Below are positions 30,637 to 38,748 of a DNA stretch of 64,000 bases, piece by piece (positions within the stretch are counted from its first letter, which is position 1; the number at the start of each line of letters is the position of its first letter). The position numbers were made by a program, and so were the translations under genes. Location: assembly GCA_014804695.1 (NCBI GenBank), contig JAAUZJ010000007.1:53545-117544 (forward strand). Direction: 5' to 3'. The notes beneath the pieces are model-generated. The model searched no databases, was not told where the DNA came from, and saw only the letters and a program-made list of their open reading frames with translations. Source of the DNA: Lachnospiraceae bacterium. Its GTDB lineage: Bacteria > Bacillota > Clostridia > Lachnospirales > Lachnospiraceae.

Positions 30637-31512
30637 ATGCAGCAGATCAATATCTTAATTGAAAACTACTTATCTAAACTTTATATACCGTCAATGCGTT
30701 GGTCAGATGTTGCGGAAATTTTGATTATCGCCTTTTTGATGTATTATATCCTGCTTTGGGTTAAAAATACCAGGGCGTGGGCATTACTAAAAGGTGTTTT
30801 AGTTATAGCGGTATTTGTTTTGGTTGCAGTTATATTTAATATGAACACAATTCTGTGGATCGTTTCTAATCTTTTCAGTATAGCGGCGATAGCGATTGTT
30901 GTCGTATTACAGCCGGAACTCAGGAAAGCGATAGAGGAGCTTGGACGAAAAAATTTCTTTTCGTCTATTATTACATTTGACTCTTCCAAGTCGGATAACG
31001 ATAGTTTTTCGGATAGGACAATAAATGAAATCGTCAAGGCTTCCGTTGAAATGGGAAAAGTAAAAACAGGCGCGCTGATCGTGATACAGAATGAGCAGCC
31101 GCTTAATGAATATGAGCGGACGGGAATCGATGTGGATGGTATTGTTTCCAGCCAACTCCTTATAAATATTTTTGAACACAATACACCTCTGCATGACGGG
31201 GCAGTTATAGTAAAGAATAATCGCATTACGGCGGCGACATGTTATCTGCCGCTTTCGGATAATATGGAACTTAGTAAGGAACTTGGAACGAGACACCGTG
31301 CAGGGGTTGGTATTTCTGAGGTGACGGATTCCATGACTGTCATTGTTTCAGAAGAGACCGGTAAGATAAGCGTAGCTTATGGCGGAAAGTTAGAGAGCAG
31401 TCTGGATGCGGAACATCTGCGTGGAACCTTAAAGAGTATCCAGAATAAACCGGCAGAGGAGAAAAAACGGAAATTGTGGAAGGGGAAAGGCAGGTTAAAA
31501 AATGAGGAATAA
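30637..31512 (+). CDS. cdaA: Diadenylate cyclase CdaA
   Basis: Three N-terminal TM helices and a DAC domain with GALIVI, TPLHDGAVIV and GTRHRAGVGISE. Confidence 0.95.
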   Translation: MQQINILIENYLSKLYIPSMRWSDVAEILIIAFLMYYILLWVKNTRAWALLKGVLVIAVFVLVAVIFNMNTILWIVSNLFSIAAIAIVVVLQPELRKAIEELGRKNFFSSIITFDSSKSDNDSFSDRTINEIVKASVEMGKVKTGALIVIQNEQPLNEYERTGIDVDGIVSSQLLINIFEHNTPLHDGAVIVKNNRITAATCYLPLSDNMELSKELGTRHRAGVGISEVTDSMTVIVSEETGKISVAYGGKLESSLDAEHLRGTLKSIQNKPAEEKKRKLWKGKGRLKNEE

Positions 31513-32779
31513 ATTAACCCGCAATTGGGTGCTTAAACTGAGTTCTTTCCTATTTGCGTTGATAATATGGCTGGTTGTTACGAATATTAACGATCCAATC
31601 GGAACATATACTGCCAGTAACGTAAAAGTCAGTATTCAAAACGATGATCTGATAACTGATAGTGGTCAGGTCTATGAGATATTGGATAATAGCGATTCAA
31701 TCGCTACGGTTGTAATAACAGCCAAACGTTCCGTACTTGATTCTATCGATGAAAAAAACGTGGTTGCTGTTGCGGATGTGAACGATTTGACGAGCATCAA
31801 TACAATTCCGATTCGTCTTTCAACGGATAAATATAATGATAGACTGGAAAGTATTAGAGGAAGTATCGATAAAGTCAAATTAAATATTGAAGAAAAAACA
31901 TCTAAGACTTTACAGATAAGAACCTCTACTACAGGTACGGTAAGAGAGGGCTATGTACTTGGGGAAAGCTCATTAGCTCAGAACCTTATAGAGGTATCCG
32001 GACCGGAATCAATTATTTCACAGGTTAAACGTGCGGCAGTAACGGTGAATGTTTCAGGTTTTACCAACAGCATCGACACTGACTCGGAGATAAGATTGTA
32101 TGATGAAGAAGACAGGGTGCTTTCGTCTTCAAGTATTAATAAGAGTATTAGCAAAGTACATGTAACGGTTGAAATCTTAGAGACCAAAACAGTGCCTATT
32201 AACTGGAATGTGAGCGGAACTCCGGCAAGAGGCTATCAGGCAACAGGAGAAATTACTGCGACCAGGGATAATGTCCTTATTGCAGGAAAAAGTAAAACTA
32301 TTGCAAACATAGAGTCTATAGATATTCCGGAAACAAAGCTGGATATTACCGGAGCGACAGAGAGCGTAGAGCAGTTTATTAATTTACGGGATCATCTTCC
32401 TGACGGTGTGATTATTGCCGAAGAAGATTTTCAGGGTGTTGTCCGGGTGGAAGTTGCGGTGGAACAGAATACAGAACGTGTAGTTACGTTGCACACGAAC
32501 CGGATTCAGATTATTAATATGCCTGAAGGTTTTGAGGGTGAGATAATAGAAGATGAAAACACTTATCAGATTACCCTTGTAGGATTGACAAGCGTTTTGG
32601 AAGCAGTGGATGTCAATTCGATTCAGGCAACCGTTGATGTGGCGGAATATATGGATAATAACGATATGGAGGAGATGCATATCGGATATTATATGGCGGA
32701 GCTGAATTATAATCTTGATAATAATATAAATGTAAAAGAAAAAATAAGAGTAGGACTTAATATAACGGAGGCAGAGTAA
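31502..32779 (+). CDS. cdaR: CdaA regulatory protein CdaR (YbbR-domain protein)
   Basis: N-terminal TM anchor plus repeated YbbR-like beta-rich modules. It overlaps the end of cdaA, giving the canonical cdaA-cdaR-glmM order. Confidence 0.85.
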   Translation: MRNKLTRNWVLKLSSFLFALIIWLVVTNINDPIGTYTASNVKVSIQNDDLITDSGQVYEILDNSDSIATVVITAKRSVLDSIDEKNVVAVADVNDLTSINTIPIRLSTDKYNDRLESIRGSIDKVKLNIEEKTSKTLQIRTSTTGTVREGYVLGESSLAQNLIEVSGPESIISQVKRAAVTVNVSGFTNSIDTDSEIRLYDEEDRVLSSSSINKSISKVHVTVEILETKTVPINWNVSGTPARGYQATGEITATRDNVLIAGKSKTIANIESIDIPETKLDITGATESVEQFINLRDHLPDGVIIAEEDFQGVVRVEVAVEQNTERVVTLHTNRIQIINMPEGFEGEIIEDENTYQITLVGLTSVLEAVDVNSIQATVDVAEYMDNNDMEEMHIGYYMAELNYNLDNNINVKEKIRVGLNITEAE

Positions 32780-32780
32780 A

Positions 32781-34130
32781 ATGGGTAGATTGTTTGGTAC
32801 TGATGGCGTCAGGGGCGTTGCAAACGAAGAGCTGACTCCGCAGCTTGCAATGCAGCTTGGTCAGGCGGGTGCGTATGTGCTTTCAAGGGAGAATAAGCAT
32901 AAGCCGACAATAATGGTGGGCTGCGATACCAGAATTTCAGGCGATATGCTGGCAAATGCACTTATGGCCGGAGCTTGCTCTGTGGGTGCAAATGCAGTTT
33001 ATGTGGGAATTGTTCCAACGCCGGCAGTTGCATATCTTACAAGAAAGTATAAGGTGGATGCAGGAGTTGTAATTTCTGCTTCCCACAATACGGTGGAATT
33101 TAACGGAATAAAGTTTTTTGACGGAAGCGGTTATAAACTTCCGGACTCTTTGGAAGATGAGATAGAAGCGCTTATTCGTAACGGTCTTCCGGGAATTAAA
33201 TTTCCTATTGGCGCGGGAGTTGGAAAGATTAAATACCGTACCGATGCAAGAGAGGAATATATCAATCACGCAATTCAGGCCGTCAGAGTCGATTTGAGCG
33301 GTATGAAAATAGTAGTTGACTGTGCGGAAGGAGCTGCTTTTTATACATCTGTAGAAGCGCTTAAAGAACTGGGTGCAGAGGTGGTGGCAATCCATAATAA
33401 TCCGGATGGAACCAATATCAATGCCAACTGCGGTTCTACCCACATGGGTGAATTACAGGCAAGGGTTGTTTATGAAAAGGCTAATTTAGGTCTTGCTTTT
33501 GACGGAGATGCAGACCGTCTGCTTGCGGTGGACGAGAACGGCCAGATGGTGGATGGCGACCAGATAATGGCGATCGTAGGTCTTCATATGAAGAATAAGG
33601 GCATACTCAACCATGACACGATCGTTGCTACAGTTATGAGTAATCTGGGATTTTTCATTATGGGAGAAAAACAGGGAATTAATATAGAACAGACCAAGGT
33701 CGGAGACAGATATGTGCTTGAGAGAATGCGTGAGATTGGCGCAAGCCTTGGCGGCGAACAGTCAGGTCATGTTATTTTCTTAGATGAAAATACGACGGGC
33801 GATGGACTTTTGAGTGCCCTGCATCTGCTGCAGGTTGTTGTAGAGACTAACAAGCCTCTCTCCGAGCTTGCAAAAATTATGGAGGTTATGCCGCAGGCTC
33901 TTGTAAATGCGAAGGTTCCAAATCATAAGAAAGAAAATTATATGGATTATCCGGAGATTGCGGATGCAATTAATACGCTCAATAACAAGTTTGCCGGAGA
34001 AGGACGTGTCCTGATCAGGCCGTCCGGAACAGAGCCATTAGTCCGCGTTATGATTGAAGGAAAAGATCAGAAGATGATTGAGACAGAGGCTGGGAAGCTG
34101 GCGGAACTTATACAAAACATTATGTTATAG
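32781..34130 (+). CDS. glmM: Phosphoglucosamine mutase
   Basis: MGRLFGTDGVRG, the phosphoserine loop SASHNTVEFNGIKF, FDGDADR and GGEQSGH. Confidence 0.97.
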   Translation: MGRLFGTDGVRGVANEELTPQLAMQLGQAGAYVLSRENKHKPTIMVGCDTRISGDMLANALMAGACSVGANAVYVGIVPTPAVAYLTRKYKVDAGVVISASHNTVEFNGIKFFDGSGYKLPDSLEDEIEALIRNGLPGIKFPIGAGVGKIKYRTDAREEYINHAIQAVRVDLSGMKIVVDCAEGAAFYTSVEALKELGAEVVAIHNNPDGTNINANCGSTHMGELQARVVYEKANLGLAFDGDADRLLAVDENGQMVDGDQIMAIVGLHMKNKGILNHDTIVATVMSNLGFFIMGEKQGINIEQTKVGDRYVLERMREIGASLGGEQSGHVIFLDENTTGDGLLSALHLLQVVVETNKPLSELAKIMEVMPQALVNAKVPNHKKENYMDYPEIADAINTLNNKFAGEGRVLIRPSGTEPLVRVMIEGKDQKMIETEAGKLAELIQNIML

Positions 34131-34144
34131 CTTAGCAAATACTG

Positions 34145-34173
34145 TTGAAAGTTTAGGGCGAGAATGATATAAT
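34145..34173 (+). promoter_or_regulatory. Sigma-A consensus promoter upstream of ptsH
   Basis: TTGAAA (34145-34150), a 17-nt spacer, then TATAAT (34168-34173). Confidence 0.55.
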
Positions 34174-34192
34174 TAAAAAGTGAGTTATAATA

Positions 34193-34252
34193 GGGTGAAA
34201 ATAAATTTTCACCCGCGAGTTTGCGCTTACGCCCAAACATCGCAGATTTTTT
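34193..34252 (+). repeat. Two-hairpin intergenic element, copy A
   Basis: Hairpin 1 is GGGTGAAAAT/ATTTTCACCC. Hairpin 2 is GCGAGTTTGCGC-ttac-GCCCAAAC(A)TCGC, followed by AGATTTTTT. It shares TGAAAAT..ATTTTCA..GCGAGTTTG..CAAACRTCGCRGATTT with copy B at 38481-38555. Confidence 0.55.
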
Positions 34253-34308
34253 AGGGGTTAATTTAGAAGTACATTAAAGTTAAGAAGGTAAATTGGAGGA
34301 ATGAGGGT

Positions 34309-34572
34309 ATGGTAAGCCAAAAGGTAGTTATTAAAAACCCAACAGGGCTGCATCTAAGACCAGCAGGCATCCTATGTAAGGAAGCGATGAAATTTAAATC
34401 ATTGATAACATTTTCGTTTAAGGAAAATACAGCGAATGCAAAAAGCGTGTTAAGTGTGCTGGGAGCATGTGTTAAGTGCGGCGATGAGATTGAATTTGTA
34501 TGTGATGGTGAAGACGAACAGGAAGCGCTCACGGCGCTTGTCGGAGCCGTTGAAAGTGGTCTTGGTGAATAA
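34309..34572 (+). CDS. ptsH: Phosphocarrier protein HPr
   Basis: NPTGLHLRPAG (active-site His) and ANAKSVLSVL (regulatory Ser context). 87 aa. Confidence 0.92.
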   Translation: MVSQKVVIKNPTGLHLRPAGILCKEAMKFKSLITFSFKENTANAKSVLSVLGACVKCGDEIEFVCDGEDEQEALTALVGAVESGLGE

Positions 34573-34583
34573 CGCTATTTGAT

Positions 34584-34611
34584 AAGTCCGTTGTATCAAC
34601 GGACTTTTTTT
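34584..34611 (+). terminator. Rho-independent terminator after ptsH
   Basis: AAGTCCGTTG-tat-CAACGGACTT followed by TTTTTT. Confidence 0.85.
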
Positions 34612-34668
34612 ATAAGAAATATTTTTATTAAGAAATAATTAATGCATAGCAAAATGGAGGATGGAAGT

Positions 34669-36342
34669 ATGTTGAACTATCAAAGATATCGCAAAAATCC
34701 TGTGGTACATTATCCCGAAAGAGAATGGCCTAATAAGGAAATTGTAAAAGCGCCCATATGGTGCAGCGTAGATTTGCGTGACGGTAATCAAGCGCTGATC
34801 GATCCAATGGTGGTACATGAAAAAATAGAATTTTTTAATTATCTGCTTAAATTAGGTTTTAAAGAAATTGAAATCGGATTTCCGGCTGCGAGCCAGATAG
34901 AATTTGATTTTCTGCGCCAGCTTATAGACCGCAAGATGATACCGGATGATGTTGTTGTACAGGTGCTTACGCAATGCCGTGAAGAATTGGTCGATAGAAC
35001 GTTTGAGTCGATTAAAGGTTGTAAGCAGGCTATTGTTCATATTTATAATTCTACATCGACTCTTCAAAGAGACGTTGTATTCCATATGAATAAAGATGAG
35101 ATTACCAATATTGCAGTAGAAGGAACTAAAATGGTAAAAGAGCGGGCTAAAAACTTCCCTGGGAAGATTATTCTGGAATATTCACCTGAGAGCTTTACAG
35201 GAACAGAGCTTGATTATGCGTTGGAAATCTGTACGGCAGTTCAGGAAACGTGGGGAGCAACCAAGGAAGATCCGATCATCATAAATCTTCCGTCTACCGT
35301 GGAGATGAATACGCCGAATGTTTATGCAGACCAGATTGAGTGGATGAATAAGCATTTTAAGAATAGAGAGAGTATTATTTTGAGCGTTCATCCGCATAAT
35401 GACAGGGGAACCGGTGTTGCAAGTTCAGAGCTCGCACTGCTGGCAGGCGCGGACCGTATAGAGGGCACACTGTTTGGAAACGGTGAAAGAACAGGAAATG
35501 TGGATATTATGAATATTGCATACAATATGTTTTCACAGGGAATCGATCCGGGGCTTCATATTGAGCATATTAACGAAAGCATAGAAATATATGAGAGATG
35601 CTGTAAGATTCCGATTCACCCAAGACACCCTTATGCAGGAAAACTTGTATTTACTGCATTTTCCGGTTCACATCAGGATGCTATCAATAAGGGCGTTAAG
35701 GCAATGAAGGAGCGCGGCAGCGAAATCTGGCAGGTACCGTATCTGCCTATTGATCCATCGGATATAGGAAGGGAATATGAACCTATAGTAAGAATAAATT
35801 CGCAGTCAGGTAAGGGCGGAGTTGCCTTTATTATGGATACTTATTTTGGATTTAAACTTCCTAAGGGCATGCATAGGGAATTTGCCAATGTAATACAGAA
35901 AGTCTCCGAAGCGCAAGGCGAGGTTTCCCCGGATGAGATTATGGAAAACTTCCGTAATGAATATTTGAATCAGAAGGAGCCTATTCATTTCAGAAAGCTC
36001 CGCGTAGATGATCTGAGCGGTGAAACTAAGTCTGAATTTGACACCAAGGTATTTGTAACCTATACAAACAACGGCGTTGAGAAACAGTTTGAAGCAGTTG
36101 GCAACGGACCTATTGATGCGGTAAAACGAGGCTTACAGGAAGAATTGTCAGTTGATATGAAGATTTTGGATTATGAAGAACATGCACTGCAGAGCGGTTC
36201 CAATTCCCAAGCGGCAGCATATATTCATTTGTTGGATGTGGATACGGGAGATGTTACTTACGGCGTCGGAGTAAGCTCGAATATCACAAGGGCTTCCGTC
36301 AGGGCAATTTTCTCGGCTGTTAACAGACTTAAGCTGGGGTAA
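34669..36342 (+). CDS. leuA: 2-isopropylmalate synthase (long LeuA type)
   Basis: WCSVDLRDGNQAL, HPHNDRGTGVA, and a C-terminal LeuA dimerisation/regulatory domain. I prefer the ATG at 34669 (GGAGG RBS) over 34642. Confidence 0.9.
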   Translation: MLNYQRYRKNPVVHYPEREWPNKEIVKAPIWCSVDLRDGNQALIDPMVVHEKIEFFNYLLKLGFKEIEIGFPAASQIEFDFLRQLIDRKMIPDDVVVQVLTQCREELVDRTFESIKGCKQAIVHIYNSTSTLQRDVVFHMNKDEITNIAVEGTKMVKERAKNFPGKIILEYSPESFTGTELDYALEICTAVQETWGATKEDPIIINLPSTVEMNTPNVYADQIEWMNKHFKNRESIILSVHPHNDRGTGVASSELALLAGADRIEGTLFGNGERTGNVDIMNIAYNMFSQGIDPGLHIEHINESIEIYERCCKIPIHPRHPYAGKLVFTAFSGSHQDAINKGVKAMKERGSEIWQVPYLPIDPSDIGREYEPIVRINSQSGKGGVAFIMDTYFGFKLPKGMHREFANVIQKVSEAQGEVSPDEIMENFRNEYLNQKEPIHFRKLRVDDLSGETKSEFDTKVFVTYTNNGVEKQFEAVGNGPIDAVKRGLQEELSVDMKILDYEEHALQSGSNSQAAAYIHLLDVDTGDVTYGVGVSSNITRASVRAIFSAVNRLKLG

Positions 36343-36364
36343 AAGTTAGTGAGGAGGTATTATT

Positions 36365-37084
36365 ATGGAAAATGCAATTGAAAAACTGTCAGAGATAATA
36401 CGAAATAGCGACAATATTGTATTCTTTGGCGGAGCGGGGGTTTCTACGGAGAGCGGGATACCGGATTTCCGCAGCGTGGATGGTCTGTATAATCAGAAAT
36501 ATGATTATCCTCCCGAGACTATTCTTAGCCATACTTTTTATAGAAATAATACGGAAGAGTTTTATAAGTTTTATCGTGACAAGATGCTTTGTCTGGATGC
36601 CAAGCCTAATGCTGCGCATATTAAGCTTGCCCAGTGGGAAAAAGAGGGTAAACTTAAGGCAGTGATCACGCAGAATATTGATGGACTGCATCAGGCGGCA
36701 GGCAGTAAGGAAGTAATGGAACTGCATGGTTCGGTAATGCGAAATTATTGTGAAAAATGCGGAAAACTGTACGATGCCGAATATATGCTTAATTCAAAAG
36801 GCGTGCCGGAGTGTTCGTGCGGAGGCGGTATTAAGCCCGATGTAGTTCTTTATGAGGAAGGTCTGGATCAGGAAATTTTGCAGAAATCCGTTCGCTATAT
36901 AAGTGAAGCTGATGTGCTTATTATAGGGGGAACTTCCCTTGCGGTATATCCTGCGGCAGGACTTATTGATTATTATAGAGGCAATAAACTGGTGCTTATT
37001 AATAAAACTCCGACTCCGAGAGACGGCGTGGCGGATCTGGTGGTTCAGGGAAGTATAGGCGAGATTTTCTCCAAGCTGCCTTAA
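36365..37084 (+). CDS. cobB: NAD-dependent protein deacylase, Sir2 family (paralog 2)
   Basis: GAGVSTESGIPDFRS, QNIDGLH, zinc-binding CEKCG...CSCGG, and an AGGAGG RBS. Confidence 0.9.
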   Translation: MENAIEKLSEIIRNSDNIVFFGGAGVSTESGIPDFRSVDGLYNQKYDYPPETILSHTFYRNNTEEFYKFYRDKMLCLDAKPNAAHIKLAQWEKEGKLKAVITQNIDGLHQAAGSKEVMELHGSVMRNYCEKCGKLYDAEYMLNSKGVPECSCGGGIKPDVVLYEEGLDQEILQKSVRYISEADVLIIGGTSLAVYPAAGLIDYYRGNKLVLINKTPTPRDGVADLVVQGSIGEIFSKLP

Positions 37085-37149
37085 GTGCGTAATTGCAGGA
37101 TTTATAGCCATGGTATACTTGCTTGGCAGGAGAAAGACAGGAGATTAGC

Positions 37150-37332
37150 ATGGATATTCAGGTAGGGGATGTACTTAAATTAAAGAAGCAGCATCCTTGC
37201 GGATCAAAGGAGTGGGAAGTGCTTCGGATTGGTGCAGATTTTCGTTTAAAGTGTGCAGGCTGTGGGCATCAGATAATGATTGCCCGCAGACAGCTTGAAA
37301 AAAATGTAAAAGAAATTTTGCCAAAGACTTGA
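37150..37332 (+). CDS. DUF951 family protein (YyzM-like)
   Basis: MDIQVGDVLKLKKQHPCGSKEWEVLRIGADFRLKCAGCGHQIMI is the typical DUF951 pattern. The gene lies upstream of rpsF, as in B. subtilis. Confidence 0.8.
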   Translation: MDIQVGDVLKLKKQHPCGSKEWEVLRIGADFRLKCAGCGHQIMIARRQLEKNVKEILPKT

Positions 37333-37395
37333 AATTCACATATATTTATGATATTATATTAGTCCGTAGTGTTATTTTATAACAAACAGTCAAAA

Positions 37396-37444
37396 TTCCT
37401 TGCTCCCGTAAAAGGGGGCCAGAGACCAAAAGGAGGTAACAGGC
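37396..37444 (+). promoter_or_regulatory. Possible rpsF leader (S6:S18-binding-type hairpin overlapping the SD)
   Basis: In CCTTgCTCCCgtaaaaGGGGGccagagaccaaAAGGAGG, the CCTT can pair with the AAGG of the SD, and the inner hairpin contains CCCG. This fits the published S6:S18 autoregulatory leader concept, but I judged it by eye only. Confidence 0.3.
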
Positions 37445-37735
37445 ATGAACAAATATGAATTAGCCGTTGTTGTTAGTGCGAAAATCGAAGACGAAGACAG
37501 AGCCGCAACATTAGAAAAATGCAAAGGGCTTATCGAGAGATTCGGTGGACAAGTTACGAACGTTGATGACTGGGGTAAAAAGAGATTAGCTTATGAAGTA
37601 CAGAAAATGAAAGAAGCTTTCTATTACTTTATCCAGTTCGACGCTGAGAGCACTGTTCCGGCTGAAATTGAGAGCCGTATTCGTATTATGGACAATGTGA
37701 TCAGATACTTGTGCATAAGACAAGACGAGAAATAG
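37445..37735 (+). CDS. rpsF: 30S ribosomal protein bS6
   Basis: MNKYELAVVV...RLAYEVQK, and the rpsF-ssb-rpsR order. Confidence 0.97.
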   Translation: MNKYELAVVVSAKIEDEDRAATLEKCKGLIERFGGQVTNVDDWGKKRLAYEVQKMKEAFYYFIQFDAESTVPAEIESRIRIMDNVIRYLCIRQDEK

Positions 37736-37751
37736 TAGAAAGAGGTACTTA

Positions 37752-38195
37752 ATGAATAAAGTTATTCTTATGGGACGTTTGACCCGTGATCCTGAAGTAA
37801 GATACTCTCAGGGTGAAAATGCAATGGCGATTGCCAGATATACATTAGCTGTTGACCGTAGATTTAATCGTAATGGAGATGAGAATACCGCAGATTTTAT
37901 TAACTGTGTAGCATTTGGAAGAGCAGGAGAGTTTGCGGAGAAGTATTTCCATAAGGGAATTAAGATTGCAGTGACAGGACGCATCCAGACAGGCAGTTAT
38001 ACCAATAAGGACGGCGTCAGAGTATATACTACAGATGTAGTCGTAGAGGATCAAGAATTTGCAGAGAGCAAGAACAGCGCTCCTGCAGGAGACGGGGGAT
38101 ACGCCTCAGCAGGCAGCCGGCCTGAGCCGATGGCAGCCGGTGATGGTTTCATGAATATTCCGGATGGAATAGACGAGGAACTGCCATTCAATTAA
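37752..38195 (+). CDS. ssb: Single-stranded DNA-binding protein
   Basis: MNKVILMGRLTRDPEVRY OB fold and an acidic C-terminal tip DEELPF. Confidence 0.97.
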   Translation: MNKVILMGRLTRDPEVRYSQGENAMAIARYTLAVDRRFNRNGDENTADFINCVAFGRAGEFAEKYFHKGIKIAVTGRIQTGSYTNKDGVRVYTTDVVVEDQEFAESKNSAPAGDGGYASAGSRPEPMAAGDGFMNIPDGIDEELPFN

Positions 38196-38216
38196 TTATA
38201 ATAGGAGGTAATTAAG

Positions 38217-38480
38217 ATGGCTTATAATAAGACAGAGAAGCCTGATTTCCCTGCAAAGAGAAAAGGCGGAATCCGTAGAAGAAAAAAAGTTTGTGTATTC
38301 TGCGGTAAAGATAACGTAATTGATTACAAAGACGTAAATAAATTAAAAAGATATATCTCTGAAAGAGGTAAGATTCTTCCCAGAAGAATCACAGGAAACT
38401 GTGCTAAGCATCAGAGAGCTCTTACCGTAGCGATCAAACGTGCAAGACACATCGCAATTATGCCTTACGTACAAGACTAA
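38217..38480 (+). CDS. rpsR: 30S ribosomal protein bS18
   Basis: [10 protein letters not shown]...[26 protein letters not shown]. Confidence 0.97.
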   Translation: MAYNKTEKPDFPAKRKGGIRRRKKVCVFCGKDNVIDYKDVNKLKRYISERGKILPRRITGNCAKHQRALTVAIKRARHIAIMPYVQD

Positions 38481-38555
38481 ATTGAAAAATCAGAGATTTT
38501 TCAATTGCGAGTTTGAGCTGACGCAGGTGGCGTCAGGCTCAAACGTCGCGGATTT
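38481..38555 (+). repeat. Two-hairpin intergenic element, copy B
   Basis: Hairpin 1 is ATTGAAAAAT-cagag-ATTTTTCAAT. Hairpin 2 is GCGAGTTTGAGCTGACGC-aggtg-GCGTCAgGCTCAAAC(G)TCGC, followed by GGATTT. It starts immediately after the rpsR stop codon and precedes the true terminator. Confidence 0.55.
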
Positions 38556-38568
38556 AATATAATAATTT

Positions 38569-38600
38569 AAAGACGGAGTGTATATGCTCCGTCTTTATTT
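38569..38600 (+). terminator. Rho-independent terminator of the rpsF-ssb-rpsR operon
   Basis: AAAGACGGAG-loop-CTCCGTCTTT followed by ATTT. Confidence 0.8.
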
Positions 38601-38748
38601 ATTGATTGTACAATATGTGTCATATAATATCAAAAAAGCACAATATATTGATGTGGCACTTATTGCCAAAAAATGATATACTTAATGTTGTTATGTAATC
38701 ATAAAACTGGGATAGTGTGTATAGTGTTAAGACATACAACAAGAGGTT

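Noticed and set aside
34573-34668. A T-box or leucine attenuator upstream of leuA.
   Set aside because: The intergenic region is under 100 nt, and the ptsH terminator occupies most of it. That leaves no room for a T-box of about 200 nt or more, and no specifier or T-box sequence is visible.
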